DNA of 59,216 bases from an uncultured Ignavibacteriaceae bacterium (GCA_964645575.1 CAZYAM010000003.1:9064-68279); one strand, 5' to 3'; shown: positions 29,497 to 39,331, numbered from the stretch's first letter. A program made the numbers and translations. Notes: a model not told the origin generated them from the letters alone.

Positions 29497-30312
29497 TTAC
29501 TTTTTTAATGATGATTTATATATTATGAACCAGCCGGCAGATCCTATAGCTATCAGCCCAAGAGATATCAACTGCGCTTCACTTAATCCAAAAGCAATCC
29601 GCGGATTGATGCGGATGAACTCTATTGTAAACCTTTCAATTCCGGCCAATATCAAATAGAACATGAATAACATTCCTGTCGGCAAAGGCTTTTTTCGGAT
29701 GGACCAAAGGAATAAAAACATTACTCCGCAAATCAGAAATTCGTACACAGGAGTCGGATGGCATGGAGTGTTATCCGGAACAATACCTCCTGGAAATTGA
29801 CTGCAGATTTCCGGAAAACCTCTGAAGGCTGCCGAAGGCGGGTATGTGCCGTTCGAATAATCAGTTCCCCAGGGAAGTGTCGTCGGGAAACCATAATCGC
29901 CGTCACCTGAAAGATGACATCCGATACGTGCAATGCCATATGCAAGAATCAAAGCAGGCGAAATTGCATCGGCCACAGTAAAGAAAGTGATTTCCTTTTT
30001 CTTTGAATAAAGATATATTGAGAACGTTGCGAGAATGAAACCGCCGTAAAATGTTAATCCGCCTGGATTAAATATCATGCCTATTGGATCCGCCGTGAAT
30101 TCGCGCCAGTATTCTAACAAGTAAAGAATTTTTGATCCTGCAATACCCGAAACCAGTGCTATTAATGTGATATTATTCGCTATATTCGGATCCAGTTTCC
30201 GGCGTTTGAATTCGCTGACGAAAAGATAACTTCCGACAATGAAACCGGTTGCAAGCATTAAACCGTAGCTATAAACTGTAAAGGGGCCGATTTGAAAGAG
30301 TCTGGGACACAT
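29497..30312 (-). CDS. lgt: Prolipoprotein diacylglyceryl transferase
   Basis: YSYGLM, GGLTFYGG, ARIGCHLSGD, HPTPVYE, RFTIEFIR. Confidence 0.92.
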   Translation of the reverse strand: MCPRLFQIGPFTVYSYGLMLATGFIVGSYLFVSEFKRRKLDPNIANNITLIALVSGIAGSKILYLLEYWREFTADPIGMIFNPGGLTFYGGFILATFSIYLYSKKKEITFFTVADAISPALILAYGIARIGCHLSGDGDYGFPTTLPWGTDYSNGTYPPSAAFRGFPEICSQFPGGIVPDNTPCHPTPVYEFLICGVMFLFLWSIRKKPLPTGMLFMFYLILAGIERFTIEFIRINPRIAFGLSEAQLISLGLIAIGSAGWFIIYKSSLKK

Positions 30313-30478
30313 AAATAATATTCCTGTTAATAAGGGGTTTTAGGTATCGACTCGAAATTGCATAAATATTTTTTGGCTTATTTGAAATTTACGAAAATAT
30401 TTAGCCGGATACAGCATGATCATTCTTATTATTTACAAAGACATTATTTGAATGAAATATCCCTATATCCATTTTTTT

Positions 30479-31580
30479 CTATGGAAGAAGGCGGTTATTT
30501 CTAAAAAATATTTTTTCTTCGGAATCGATTCTTGCGGCTAATTTTTCATCGATCATATATTTCAGCATGTCCGGATCGCCGCCTTTATTTTCAATAAATT
30601 TATTTGCCGCTTCTTCAGTCACAGGATGCACGGACATAATTCCCAAAAGTTCTTCTTCAAGTCCGCCGGCACCTTCAAAATCATTTTCTTCAGAAAAGAA
30701 TAACGTTTCTGAATCCGTGATTTTATTTTTTGTGAACTTCGAAATTTCAGAGAGTGTTGAAATACGGGGCGCCGCGACATAAGCTTCAGTGGGCGGGCGG
30801 ATTGGAATCGTGAAGTATGATTTGTTTCTCTTCAGTTTTTTAAAGTATTCGCTTAGCACTTCTAACTCACCAAGATTGTCATTTATATTCTCTACCAGCA
30901 TTGTCTCCGTGGTAAGAAAGCCACGGTAAGATTTTGAGAAGTCGATTATTCCATCGAGAATTGCATTGAATTTTAATTTTCCATGCGGCCTGTCCAGTTT
31001 TGTCCACGTTGTTTCATTTACCGTATCAACTTTTACTGATACATGATCTGCAAGTGAAAGACTTTCTTTTACATCATCGTTCCACAAAAGAGAGGAGTTT
31101 GTGAAAACTGCAATTTTGCGGCCAAATTCTCGAAGAAGTAAAATCTCTTTCGAAAGGTTAACATCAAGAGTCGGTTCGCCATTTGGAAGAATGCTGATAT
31201 AATCTATTTGAGTACGTTGTTCAGTCAATAGTTTAATCTTGTCATTAACGAGATTGAACGCTTCTTGTAGATCCAAAAACCCATCCCGTTTTATTGAACA
31301 GCGTTTAGTACGGCCGACCTGGCAGTATACGCAGTTATAAGTACATACTTTTTGATACATAGTCATTGATACCGAGGCTGTATCCCAATCTTCGTGACGG
31401 CACAGGCCCGAAAACAATGTTCCCGCGGGAAGAAGGATTTACAGGAACGCTATTCTCCGGATTAACACACATTGTATCTATAAAAGAAGGATTTGAAACA
31501 ATAGTCTTCTCAAAATTACCACGAATATTCTCTATTTTCCTTTTGAATGCAGATTTTATTCTATCGAATTGAAGAGTCAT
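30479..31580 (-). pseudogene. Radical SAM protein (COG0731/TYW1-like) split by a +1 frameshift
   Basis: FGPVPSRRLGYSLGIN in ORF 31335-31580 and KVCTYNCVYCQ in ORF 30479-31417; removing one A from the A5 run (31349-31353) restores NDYVSKVCTYNC. True start uncertain (31580 or 31472). Confidence 0.85.
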
Positions 31581-31598
31581 ATGAATATATGGGTTTTT

Positions 31599-33314
31599 TT
31601 AGAGAATAAGATTAAGTAATGTACCCATTAATAGTGCGACCATAATCATAATGGATGTAATTTTAAGAGTATCTTTTATTCCCAATTCTTTTATTAAAAC
31701 CATATAAGTGGCAATACAAGGGAAATAAATCGCTAATATTGTAGAGCCAATTACTAATTGTTTAGTAGACAAGTTAAGAGGGCCAAGCATACCCACGGCG
31801 ACATCTTTCCTTAAAAATCCGACAAGTAAAGCAGAAGCAGCTTCTTTCGGCAGTCCCCATAGGTCGTTTAAGACGGGAGACATAATTTCGGTAAAGAAAT
31901 CAATAATTCTTAAAGAATAAAGTATATTCACAAAAAGCACTCCTACAAGCACTAAAGGCAATGCTTCCTTTAAAAATCCGTATAAACGCATCCAAAGTTT
32001 TTTTATCACGGCTTGAAATTGAGGTATCCTATATGGAGGTATTTCAACTAATATTTCCGGACTCGCGCCCTTTATAACCTTATTGAGTATTAGACCTTTG
32101 ATAATAAAAAGCATCAAAAGAGCGAAGAATATAATTGCTACGTATTCGCCTCCCCGCTGTCCAACCAATCCTACAATCATGGCAGTTTGTGCCATACAAG
32201 GAATGGCAATTGTCATTAAAGTAGCGGCAATAAATTTCTCACGCCTTTCTTCAAGTATTCGGGTCGCCAGTGCCCCGGGGACATTACATCCTAAGCCTAA
32301 AATAAAAGGAATGATTGCATATCCATGCAATCCTAAATGGTGCATGAAATTATCAACTAAAACTGCCAAACGGGGAAGATATCCGAAATCCTCTAATATT
32401 CCCAAGACTAAATAGAAGCTCACTATGTATGGTAATACAACACCGATAGGCACAAAAAGTCCGGTTGTTAGCATACCAAAAGATAAGCCAAAATCTATTT
32501 TGCCTTCGATGAGGTTGCCGATAAGAATCTGATGCAGGAAAGTTTGTTCTCCCAGATATGTGCTTAAACTCATCATAAACGGAAGCCAAAGATTTCTAAA
32601 CAAGGGTTCAAAGACGCATCCAATAAGACTTTCTCCGATGAATCGAATTATCCAAAAAAAGCCAAATACTATACATAAAGCTAACGGCAGACCGCTGATA
32701 GGTTTAATGCTTAGATCTTCTAATCTTTCTAATATTGTATGGTGACGGTGAGTTAGTTTCTGAGCTGCTTCCACAATTTTTCCAATTTTTTCCCATCTGT
32801 CACCGTCGGAAGAGACAGGCATCTTTCCCATCTTTGCCTCTGGTATGCGATCAATCAATTCCTTTATACCTTCACCGGACAAACCACAGGTATGAACTAC
32901 CGGTACGCCCAATTGCTCCTCTAATTTTTTTATATCAATTTGGATACCGCGATGCTTAGTGTCATCCCATAAATTTAAAGCGACGATTACAGGAATATTT
33001 CTTTCTAGCAATTCGAGAGTCAAATAAAGATTTCTTTCTAAATTTGTAGCATCCATAACATTGACAACTACATCACCTTCCTGTAACATCCGGACGGCTA
33101 CTTCTTCGGCTTCGCAGGTCGGCTTTAAAGTATATGTTCCGGGAATATCTATGATCATTGCCTTTTTATCACCCAGTTTCATTTGCCCCTGGCTGAATTC
33201 TACCGTTGTGCCCGGATAGTTGGAGATTATTACCTTTACCCCGGTAAGTCTGGAAAAAACCGTGCTTTTGCCGACGTTAGGATTACCTACAAGTAAAATT
33301 TTTTCTATTTGCAT
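31599..33314 (-). CDS. feoB: Ferrous iron transporter FeoB (short type)
   Basis: GNPNVGKS, NYPGTTV, DIPG, LGLGCNVP, PCMAQ, YFPCIAT. Confidence 0.95.
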   Translation of the reverse strand: MQIEKILLVGNPNVGKSTVFSRLTGVKVIISNYPGTTVEFSQGQMKLGDKKAMIIDIPGTYTLKPTCEAEEVAVRMLQEGDVVVNVMDATNLERNLYLTLELLERNIPVIVALNLWDDTKHRGIQIDIKKLEEQLGVPVVHTCGLSGEGIKELIDRIPEAKMGKMPVSSDGDRWEKIGKIVEAAQKLTHRHHTILERLEDLSIKPISGLPLALCIVFGFFWIIRFIGESLIGCVFEPLFRNLWLPFMMSLSTYLGEQTFLHQILIGNLIEGKIDFGLSFGMLTTGLFVPIGVVLPYIVSFYLVLGILEDFGYLPRLAVLVDNFMHHLGLHGYAIIPFILGLGCNVPGALATRILEERREKFIAATLMTIAIPCMAQTAMIVGLVGQRGGEYVAIIFFALLMLFIIKGLILNKVIKGASPEILVEIPPYRIPQFQAVIKKLWMRLYGFLKEALPLVLVGVLFVNILYSLRIIDFFTEIMSPVLNDLWGLPKEAASALLVGFLRKDVAVGMLGPLNLSTKQLVIGSTILAIYFPCIATYMVLIKELGIKDTLKITSIMIMVALLMGTLLNLIL

Positions 33315-33544
33315 CTGTCTATCTCAACAAAAATTTTTTTTGCCATTCCGAATCCGACAGCAACTTGCATATTGTCTATTTCTATCGTCTGTGGACCGCG
33401 CCAGAAATGAGAACTTACCTTGGTTATTCTCTTCCCGGGCCTTATTCCTATGCTTTGCAGTTTTCTTATGAAGCCGCGACCGCCCAGAATCTCTTTTACC
33501 GTGCCGGTTTCTCCCGGCTGCATTTGTGTTAAATCTGTCTTCAT
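33305..33544 (-). CDS. feoA: FeoA family protein
   Basis: RKLQSIGIRPG, GP, VAVGFGMAKKI; overlaps the feoB start. Confidence 0.92.
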   Translation of the reverse strand: MKTDLTQMQPGETGTVKEILGGRGFIRKLQSIGIRPGKRITKVSSHFWRGPQTIEIDNMQVAVGFGMAKKIFVEIDRCK

Positions 33545-33546
33545 TT

Positions 33547-33756
33547 TCAAAAACAGGTAGGACATGTTCCTGTAGAGCAGCTTGGTCCAGAAGAAGAACT
33601 GTCTCCAGAACCTCCAACGCTAAATGTTGAAAATATTCTTTCGATATTTTCACTGTTGCATTTTTCGCATTTAAGCTCTTGTTTTTCTGAAGTTACCCCT
33701 ATCAACAAATCGAATTTCTCACCACAATCTTTACAAATATATGTATACATAGGCAT
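33547..33756 (-). CDS. FmdB-family zinc ribbon protein
   Basis: MPMYTYICKDCG...CEKCNS...RIFS plus a Cys-rich tail CSTGTCPTC. Confidence 0.9.
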   Translation of the reverse strand: MPMYTYICKDCGEKFDLLIGVTSEKQELKCEKCNSENIERIFSTFSVGGSGDSSSSGPSCSTGTCPTCF

Positions 33757-33795
33757 GATTATCATCTCCTGTTTATGTTCTAAAAATTAACTTAA

Positions 33796-34110
33796 CTAAA
33801 CATGTTGCTTGATCGTAGTTTCCAGTTCGGATTTAGGAAGCGCACCTACAACCTTGTCCACGACTTTATCATCTTTAAAAATTGCTAAAGTTGGAATACC
33901 CATTATTCCATAACGAGATGCGGTATTAGGAGCTTCATCTACATTTAACTTATATACTTTCAATTTACCTTTATATTCCTCGGCGATTTGCTTGATTATC
34001 GGCGCCACCATAAGGCAAGGGGCGCACCACTCTGCCCAAAAGTCTACCAAAACAGGTAAATCCGATTCTAAAACCTCTTGTTTAAAATTATTATCATTTA
34101 CATTAATCAT
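33796..34110 (-). CDS. trxA: Thioredoxin
   Basis: [18 protein letters not shown]. Confidence 0.93.
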   Translation of the reverse strand: MINVNDNNFKQEVLESDLPVLVDFWAEWCAPCLMVAPIIKQIAEEYKGKLKVYKLNVDEAPNTASRYGIMGIPTLAIFKDDKVVDKVVGALPKSELETTIKQHV

Positions 34111-34120
34111 ATCTTTGTTT

Positions 34121-34765
34121 TTATATCTCTGCGATTACTGTGATGCCTGCCTTTACTTTATCACCTGTTTTAACTTTTAAGTGTAAATAATTAGGTAAAG
34201 AGAGATCAACCTGTGAACCCAATTTAATCATCCCTATCCGCTGTCCCTGAATAACTTTATCACCGACATTAACCCAGCATACTATCCTTCTTGCAAGAAT
34301 CCCTGCAATCTGCTTGATTTCGAAGACTCCATCCATCGTTAATATTCTGATTACATTCTGTTCATTCTCAATTTCTGCCTGCTTAAAAAATGCCGGTAAA
34401 AATTTCCCCGTTTTATATTCTATTACCTCTACCGAACCCGGGAACGGCGCTCTTTGAACATGCATGTCTAATGGCGACATAAAAATCTGTATAATCTGCC
34501 TCTTGTTATCTTTTTTGATTTCAATAATTTTTCCATCAGCAGGCGAGAGAACGTGGTTATCGTTGATTAATATTTTCCTTTCAGGGTCGCGGTAGAAATA
34601 CAGAGTGAACAGAGACAGTATTAAAAGCACCCAGGCAAGAAGATTAAAGACTAAATAAAGCCACCCAAACAGAAAGCAAGATATTATATAACAGAAGAGA
34701 GCAAGGAACAAGCAGATACCCGCTGTTAGCACTCCTTCTTTAACTATTGGCAATTTCATATTCAT
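34121..34765 (-). CDS. psd: Phosphatidylserine decarboxylase proenzyme
   Basis: [24 protein letters not shown] and the self-cleavage motif KLGS. Confidence 0.92.
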   Translation of the reverse strand: MNMKLPIVKEGVLTAGICLFLALFCYIISCFLFGWLYLVFNLLAWVLLILSLFTLYFYRDPERKILINDNHVLSPADGKIIEIKKDNKRQIIQIFMSPLDMHVQRAPFPGSVEVIEYKTGKFLPAFFKQAEIENEQNVIRILTMDGVFEIKQIAGILARRIVCWVNVGDKVIQGQRIGMIKLGSQVDLSLPNYLHLKVKTGDKVKAGITVIAEI

Positions 34766-34843
34766 AATTGTTAAAGAAAAATATTCACTAAACGATGATT
34801 CAATTCAATCTTAAATATATACATGAACCTTTATAAGCAACTT

Positions 34844-35149
34844 TTACTTAGTATTATCAGCTTCGCTTAAAATTTGGTTCAGTTTATCAGCATGAATGAA
34901 ATCTATGACTTTCATATCAATTTCTTTTATACCTTTTATCTGTGTAATTGCATTTCTAATATCAAAGGCAAGCCGAAAACCTAATGGACAAGTCGGCATG
35001 GATGGTCTAAATATCAGGATTACTCCGTTATTTTCGATTATTTCTAATTTTTTAATTAATCTCATGCTTAAAACATCGATGCCTGTTTCCGGATCGATAA
35101 CTTTGCTCAATTTATCCTGTATTATTTCTTTGAAACTAATTGAGTCCAT
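34844..35149 (-). CDS. DUF59 / SufT / PaaD-like Fe-S assembly protein
   Basis: VIDPETGIDV and PTCP motifs. Confidence 0.85.
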   Translation of the reverse strand: MDSISFKEIIQDKLSKVIDPETGIDVLSMRLIKKLEIIENNGVILIFRPSMPTCPLGFRLAFDIRNAITQIKGIKEIDMKVIDFIHADKLNQILSEADNTK

Positions 35150-36020
35150 TTTGAATAACTTCCCAGATGTTTCTAATTTGTTGCGAGACTTCTCCGTCGG
35201 AATATTCTATAACAGTTTTTTTATTTACCATTGCTTCTATTATTGCGGTATCATATTTGATTTTACCTGCCAGCGCAACTCCGTTTTTTCGACAATATCT
35301 TTCTATTTCTTCGGCCATTTCCGTATTCAGGTCGTATTTATTGACAACTACAAATGTTTTTACATTAAAATGCTGCGCTAATTCTATTACTCTTACCATA
35401 TCATGTAAACCTGATAAAGTGGGCTCTGTCACTATTAAAGCGCAGTCAATTCCTGAAATCGAGGAAATAACCGGGCAGCCTATTCCGGGAGAACCATCAA
35501 CGATAATGATGTCGCGATTTTCCTTCTCGGCTATCAGTTTTGCATTCTGTTTTACTATGGTCACTAATTTACCCGAATTTTCTTCCGCAACGCCTAATTT
35601 AGCATGAACGAAGGGGCCATATTGAGTGTCTGATATAAACCACTCGCCTGAAATACATTCTTCCATCTTTATTGCTTCTTGGGGACAAATATAACTGCAG
35701 ACTCCACAGCCTTCACAAGAAATAGGGTCAACTGTTACCGTCGATTGCTGATTGCTTATGGATGATTGAGTAATGGCGTCAAACCGGCACACTTCAAGAC
35801 ACATGCCGCATTGATTACATCTCTCGGTATCGATGACAGCGGTCTTGCCGCCTTTAAATTCATGTCTCTCCAGAATTTTTGGATTGAGTAAAAGATGCAA
35901 ATCTGCTGCATCTACATCACAATCAGCCATAACTTTGTTTTTCACTAAACTGGCAAAAGCAGCGGTAATAATCGTCTTGCCCGTTCCACCTTTTCCGCTT
36001 ATAACTACAATCTGTTTCAT
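35136..36020 (-). CDS. MinD-superfamily P-loop ATPase with inserted 2x[4Fe-4S] ferredoxin (COG1149), copy 1
   Basis: SGKGGTGKT, DCDVDAADL, CNQCGMC..C and CEGCGVC..CP, ENSGKLV, DGSPGIGCP. Confidence 0.93.
   Translation of the reverse strand: MKQIVVISGKGGTGKTIITAAFASLVKNKVMADCDVDAADLHLLLNPKILERHEFKGGKTAVIDTERCNQCGMCLEVCRFDAITQSSISNQQSTVTVDPISCEGCGVCSYICPQEAIKMEECISGEWFISDTQYGPFVHAKLGVAEENSGKLVTIVKQNAKLIAEKENRDIIIVDGSPGIGCPVISSISGIDCALIVTEPTLSGLHDMVRVIELAQHFNVKTFVVVNKYDLNTEMAEEIERYCRKNGVALAGKIKYDTAIIEAMVNKKTVIEYSDGEVSQQIRNIWEVIQNGLN
35741..35770 (-). repeat. Degenerate heptamer repeat forming an in-frame insertion (about SSISNQQ) in the ferredoxin loop
   Basis: Minus strand actcaat-catccat-aagcaat-cagcaat-cgacggt. 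Confidence 0.5.
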
Positions 36021-36394
36021 GAACCTCTCTTCAATAAATAATCGGCCAGCGCCTTGTGTAAAGTGGTCACTGCCAAAATTGCGCAATGAACATTAGAACC
36101 TAAAAAATCGTGCAGTTTATCTATAACATCTGCCGGAGATAATTTTAAGGCATTGTTTATAGTTTGTCCTTTCACCATTTCAGTTGCAATTGATCCGCAT
36201 GCTGTTGTGATTCTGCATCCGTCGGTATAGAACAAAACCTCGGAAATTTTTCCATCAGTTATTTTTATGTGCATCTCCATAGTATCACCACATTGGCCTT
36301 TCACCAGAGCGGCACCGTCCGGCTTGGCTATTTTTCCGAAATTCTTCGGCTGGGAAAAATGTTCAACTATTTTCTCTGAAGATATTTTTTTCAT
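36017..36394 (-). CDS. NifU N-terminal / IscU-like Fe-S scaffold, copy 2
   Basis: HFSQPKNFG, CGD, DGC and HCA motifs. Confidence 0.88.
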   Translation of the reverse strand: MKKISSEKIVEHFSQPKNFGKIAKPDGAALVKGQCGDTMEMHIKITDGKISEVLFYTDGCRITTACGSIATEMVKGQTINNALKLSPADVIDKLHDFLGSNVHCAILAVTTLHKALADYLLKRGS

Positions 36395-36433
36395 GTTTTT
36401 CTATTGTTTAATTCTTTGCGCTTATAATTCTTT

Positions 36434-37354
36434 TTATGATTTGAATTTTTTAATATCGTTAAATAACCGTACAAATTTCGTTTTAAATTCAGGAATAAAT
36501 TCAACCATAGGAATTCCTTTTGAATAAGATTCGGCTATTTTTCTGTCAAAAGGTATTCTCATTAAAACCGGAATATTTTCTTTATTGCAGTACTTATCAA
36601 CCTCTTGATACCCTGCCTGCCCTGATGCTGTCGGAATATCTGTTCGGTTTATTACCACACCAAAAGCAATGTTCAATTTTCTAATAACTTCTACTGCGAG
36701 AATGAGATCGTTCATGCCAAACGGAGTGGGTTCGGTTACGAGAATACAATAATCGCTGCCTTTGATGGACCCGATTACCGGGCAGGATGTGCCGGGTGGA
36801 GCATCGATGATGACCACTTTATTGTTTGTAATATTTTTCTTAACTGCTTTAATAAGGGGCGGCGACATCGCTTCACCGATATTTAACTTTCCACCAACAA
36901 ACTCGATTTTTCCAACTCTGCCGATTTGAATATTTCCTATTTCCCGGCCTACTTCCTCAATTGCTTTCTCGGGACAGAGTAAACTACAGCCGCCGCAGCT
37001 GTGACAGAGTTCAGGAAAAATTAAAACCTTTCCGCCGGATGCGGATCCCTGCTCGTCCGTCGGGCGAGTGTTTTGGTTGAAATTTCTTATCACAGCAATA
37101 GCGTTGTAAGCACACACTTCCTGACATTTACCACAGTAGGTGCATCTCTCTTCGATTACTTTAGGTACGGGAATGCTTATTGGTAGAGTTTTTGTAATAT
37201 TCGGTTTTAAGAAGATATGCGCGTTTGGCTCTTCTACATCGCAGTCAACAATCTGTATCGCACCTATATCGGCGGATGACAAGGAAAGGGCTAAATTTAC
37301 CGCTATGGTAGTTTTTCCCGTTCCACCTTTTCCACTGGCAATTGATATAATCAT
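36434..37354 (-). CDS. MinD-superfamily P-loop ATPase with inserted ferredoxin (COG1149), copy 2
   Basis: SGKGGTGKTT, DCDVEEPNAH, two ferredoxin Cys motifs, DAPPGTSCP, TEPTPFG. Confidence 0.93.
   Translation of the reverse strand: MIISIASGKGGTGKTTIAVNLALSLSSADIGAIQIVDCDVEEPNAHIFLKPNITKTLPISIPVPKVIEERCTYCGKCQEVCAYNAIAVIRNFNQNTRPTDEQGSASGGKVLIFPELCHSCGGCSLLCPEKAIEEVGREIGNIQIGRVGKIEFVGGKLNIGEAMSPPLIKAVKKNITNNKVVIIDAPPGTSCPVIGSIKGSDYCILVTEPTPFGMNDLILAVEVIRKLNIAFGVVINRTDIPTASGQAGYQEVDKYCNKENIPVLMRIPFDRKIAESYSKGIPMVEFIPEFKTKFVRLFNDIKKFKS
36614..36634 (-). repeat. 21-nt REP-like in-frame insertion encoding PTASGQA
   Basis: CCGACAGCATCAGGGCAGGCA inside NRTDI[...]GYQEV; shares GGCAGGCAGG with the intergenic hairpin at 37534. 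Confidence 0.6.
37031..37068. repeat. Two stacked REP-like hairpins inserted in frame (..TRPTDEQGSASGG..)
   Basis: TCCGC-cggat-GCGGA and CTCGTCC-gtc-GGGCGAG inside the ferredoxin loop of ATPase copy 2. Confidence 0.6.
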
Positions 37355-37533
37355 TTTTCTTGTTTATTCTTGACAGCAAACATTTCGAGAGATTTATAAA
37401 AAATATTTTCGTTTGAACATATATCATCTGTTCAGGCACTATGAAAACGATATTAAAAAGAATCTCAGGTCATTCCTATCGGATTATTTCGAAATCGATA
37501 TATATATTATACCGCAATATGCACGATAAATTG

Positions 37534-37563
37534 CCCGCCTGCCAGAGCGAAACGGCAGGCAGG
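37534..37563. repeat. Intergenic REP-like hairpin
   Basis: CCCGCCTGCC-agagcgaaac-GGCAGGCAGG, 9 of 10 pairs. Confidence 0.65.
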
Positions 37564-37601
37564 AGTTCAGCATGATAAAAATCCTATTTTTGAGATAGGT
37601 C

Positions 37602-38126
37602 TTAGTTGCTATCATTATATTGATAATCGAGTCTTTTTAAAGCTAATGCTTCGTTTGGACAAGTATTGACACAAACGCCGCAGCCAGAACATTTTTCTGA
37701 ATCGATTTTTGCTGTGTAATTTAACGTGATTGCCCCTTGATCGCAAACATCAATGCATGTTCCGCAGCCCGTGCATTTATTTTCATCGATAAAAGCTTTA
37801 ACAGATACTTTTTCCCCGGTTATATTTTGTTTCCCCTTGCTTATGCTCAATTCATCGATCCTGTTAAGGATTGAGTCTATATGATGCTGAAGTGTTTGAG
37901 CTTGTTGTTTCAACATATCCAATTCTTGATCTTCTGGAATAGGTTGTTGTGGATCTTGCAGTGATTGTGGCTGAACTGTAGATGGTGTCCAACTCTCGGA
38001 CAACTGCCTTTGTACCATCCCCTGTCCCGTTCCACGGCCCATACCTCTTGCAAATCTACGATTTCTACCTCTTCCTGTTCCCGGACCATTGCCCCATAAT
38101 GGTCCTTTTCCATTACCACCCGGCAT
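37602..38126 (-). CDS. DUF5320-like N-terminus + coiled coil + 2x[4Fe-4S] ferredoxin fusion
   Basis: AGGAGG RBS; MPGGNGKGPLWGNGPGTGRGR; CTGCGTCIDVC and CSGCGVCVNTCP. Confidence 0.88.
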   Translation of the reverse strand: MPGGNGKGPLWGNGPGTGRGRNRRFARGMGRGTGQGMVQRQLSESWTPSTVQPQSLQDPQQPIPEDQELDMLKQQAQTLQHHIDSILNRIDELSISKGKQNITGEKVSVKAFIDENKCTGCGTCIDVCDQGAITLNYTAKIDSEKCSGCGVCVNTCPNEALALKRLDYQYNDSN

Positions 38127-38127
38127 T

Positions 38128-38379
38128 TTAATTACCTCCTTGTTGATTATCATTCTTACTGTTAAGGGCTTTTTTCTCGTCTTGTTTCTTTGAAGAAAAG
38201 AGTTTTACAATTGAAGCGAGCAATGTAACAGCACTTCCTATCAATGCTATTACACCTTGTGATTTGTTTTCATTCTCGGATATTGAATCCTTTTTTACAG
38301 TACTGTCAAATTGTTGACGCCTGTATCCTGTCCCTGGCCCGCTGCCCCATGGGGGCCCTTTTCCATCTCTATCTGGCAT
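38128..38379 (-). CDS. Small protein with DUF5320-like N-terminal motif and a hydrophobic helix
   Basis: MPDRDGKGPPWGSGPGTG; VIALIGSAVTLLASIVKLF. Confidence 0.75.
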   Translation of the reverse strand: MPDRDGKGPPWGSGPGTGYRRQQFDSTVKKDSISENENKSQGVIALIGSAVTLLASIVKLFSSKKQDEKKALNSKNDNQQGGN

Positions 38380-38477
38380 TTAATACCTACTTTTCTTAAA
38401 GTTACCTACTTAAAAAGTTATTATCCTTTTATCAGAATCATGTCTTCAGGATTTGGCCACCTGCTTTAATTGTACTT

Positions 38478-38843
38478 TTAAGACATGCCAAATTTTGAAT
38501 TTGTGCTTGGGCCTTGAGTTGGTTTAAACTCGCCTTTTTTGTATTTTTCTACCGCTTCCTTAACACTGCCGGATATGCCGCTTATTATTTCGATGCCTGC
38601 TTGTTGAAGTGATTGAAAAGCATTTGGTCCTACGTTTCCACTCAGAACTGCTTTGACTTGCTTGTTTGCCATGAGCTGACCAGCCTGAACACCCGCTCCG
38701 CCTGTAGCATCAATACTTGGATTATTAATCGCTTCAAATTTCATCGTCTCGGTATCGACGACAATGAAATAATTACACCTTCCAAACCGTGGGTCAACTT
38801 GCGAATCCAGATTGTTATTCTGTGCCGTTACACAAATATTCAT
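38478..38843 (-). CDS. NifB/NifX-like (COG1433; MTH1175/orange protein family) protein
   Basis: VDPRFGRCNYF, GGAGVQAGQ, GNVGPNAF; GAGGAG RBS. Confidence 0.92.
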   Translation of the reverse strand: MNICVTAQNNNLDSQVDPRFGRCNYFIVVDTETMKFEAINNPSIDATGGAGVQAGQLMANKQVKAVLSGNVGPNAFQSLQQAGIEIISGISGSVKEAVEKYKKGEFKPTQGPSTNSKFGMS

Positions 38844-38859
38844 GTTATAACACTCCTCT

Positions 38860-39258
38860 TCAATGGTTATGTTCATCCGGATTAGAATGATCAGATCGGA
38901 TTTTATCTAAGCCGTATCCCTTTCCCACGCCGGGCTTACAGAGACTTTCAGCACTTTCTAAAGCATCTTTTTTAATTTTCTCTATCACTTCGTCTATTCT
39001 ACCGCTTATACCGACGATTGTTTGTATCCCATATTCATTAAAAAAACCAACGGCTCTCATCCCCATACCGCCGCAAACTATACACTCTACACATTTCTGG
39101 TGTAAAAATTTTGGTATGAGCCCAAGTTCGTGTCCCGGATTTTCGATAATCTCTTTCTTTGCAATCGTGCCGTTTTCAATGTTCACAATTGTAAAATTAG
39201 GACACCTGCCGAAATGGGCAGATACAAAATCTCCATCTGTGGATATAGCAATTCGCAT
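38860..39258 (-). CDS. NifB/NifX-like (COG1433) protein
   Basis: VSAHFGRCPNF, NPGH, CGGMG; His-containing tail. Confidence 0.92.
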   Translation of the reverse strand: MRIAISTDGDFVSAHFGRCPNFTIVNIENGTIAKKEIIENPGHELGLIPKFLHQKCVECIVCGGMGMRAVGFFNEYGIQTIVGISGRIDEVIEKIKKDALESAESLCKPGVGKGYGLDKIRSDHSNPDEHNH

Positions 39259-39331
39259 ATTCTTTTCCTTACAAGAATTAATAATTAGAGATAGGGGAGA
39301 AATCTATGTAATTTTCCCCTATCCTAAATGG

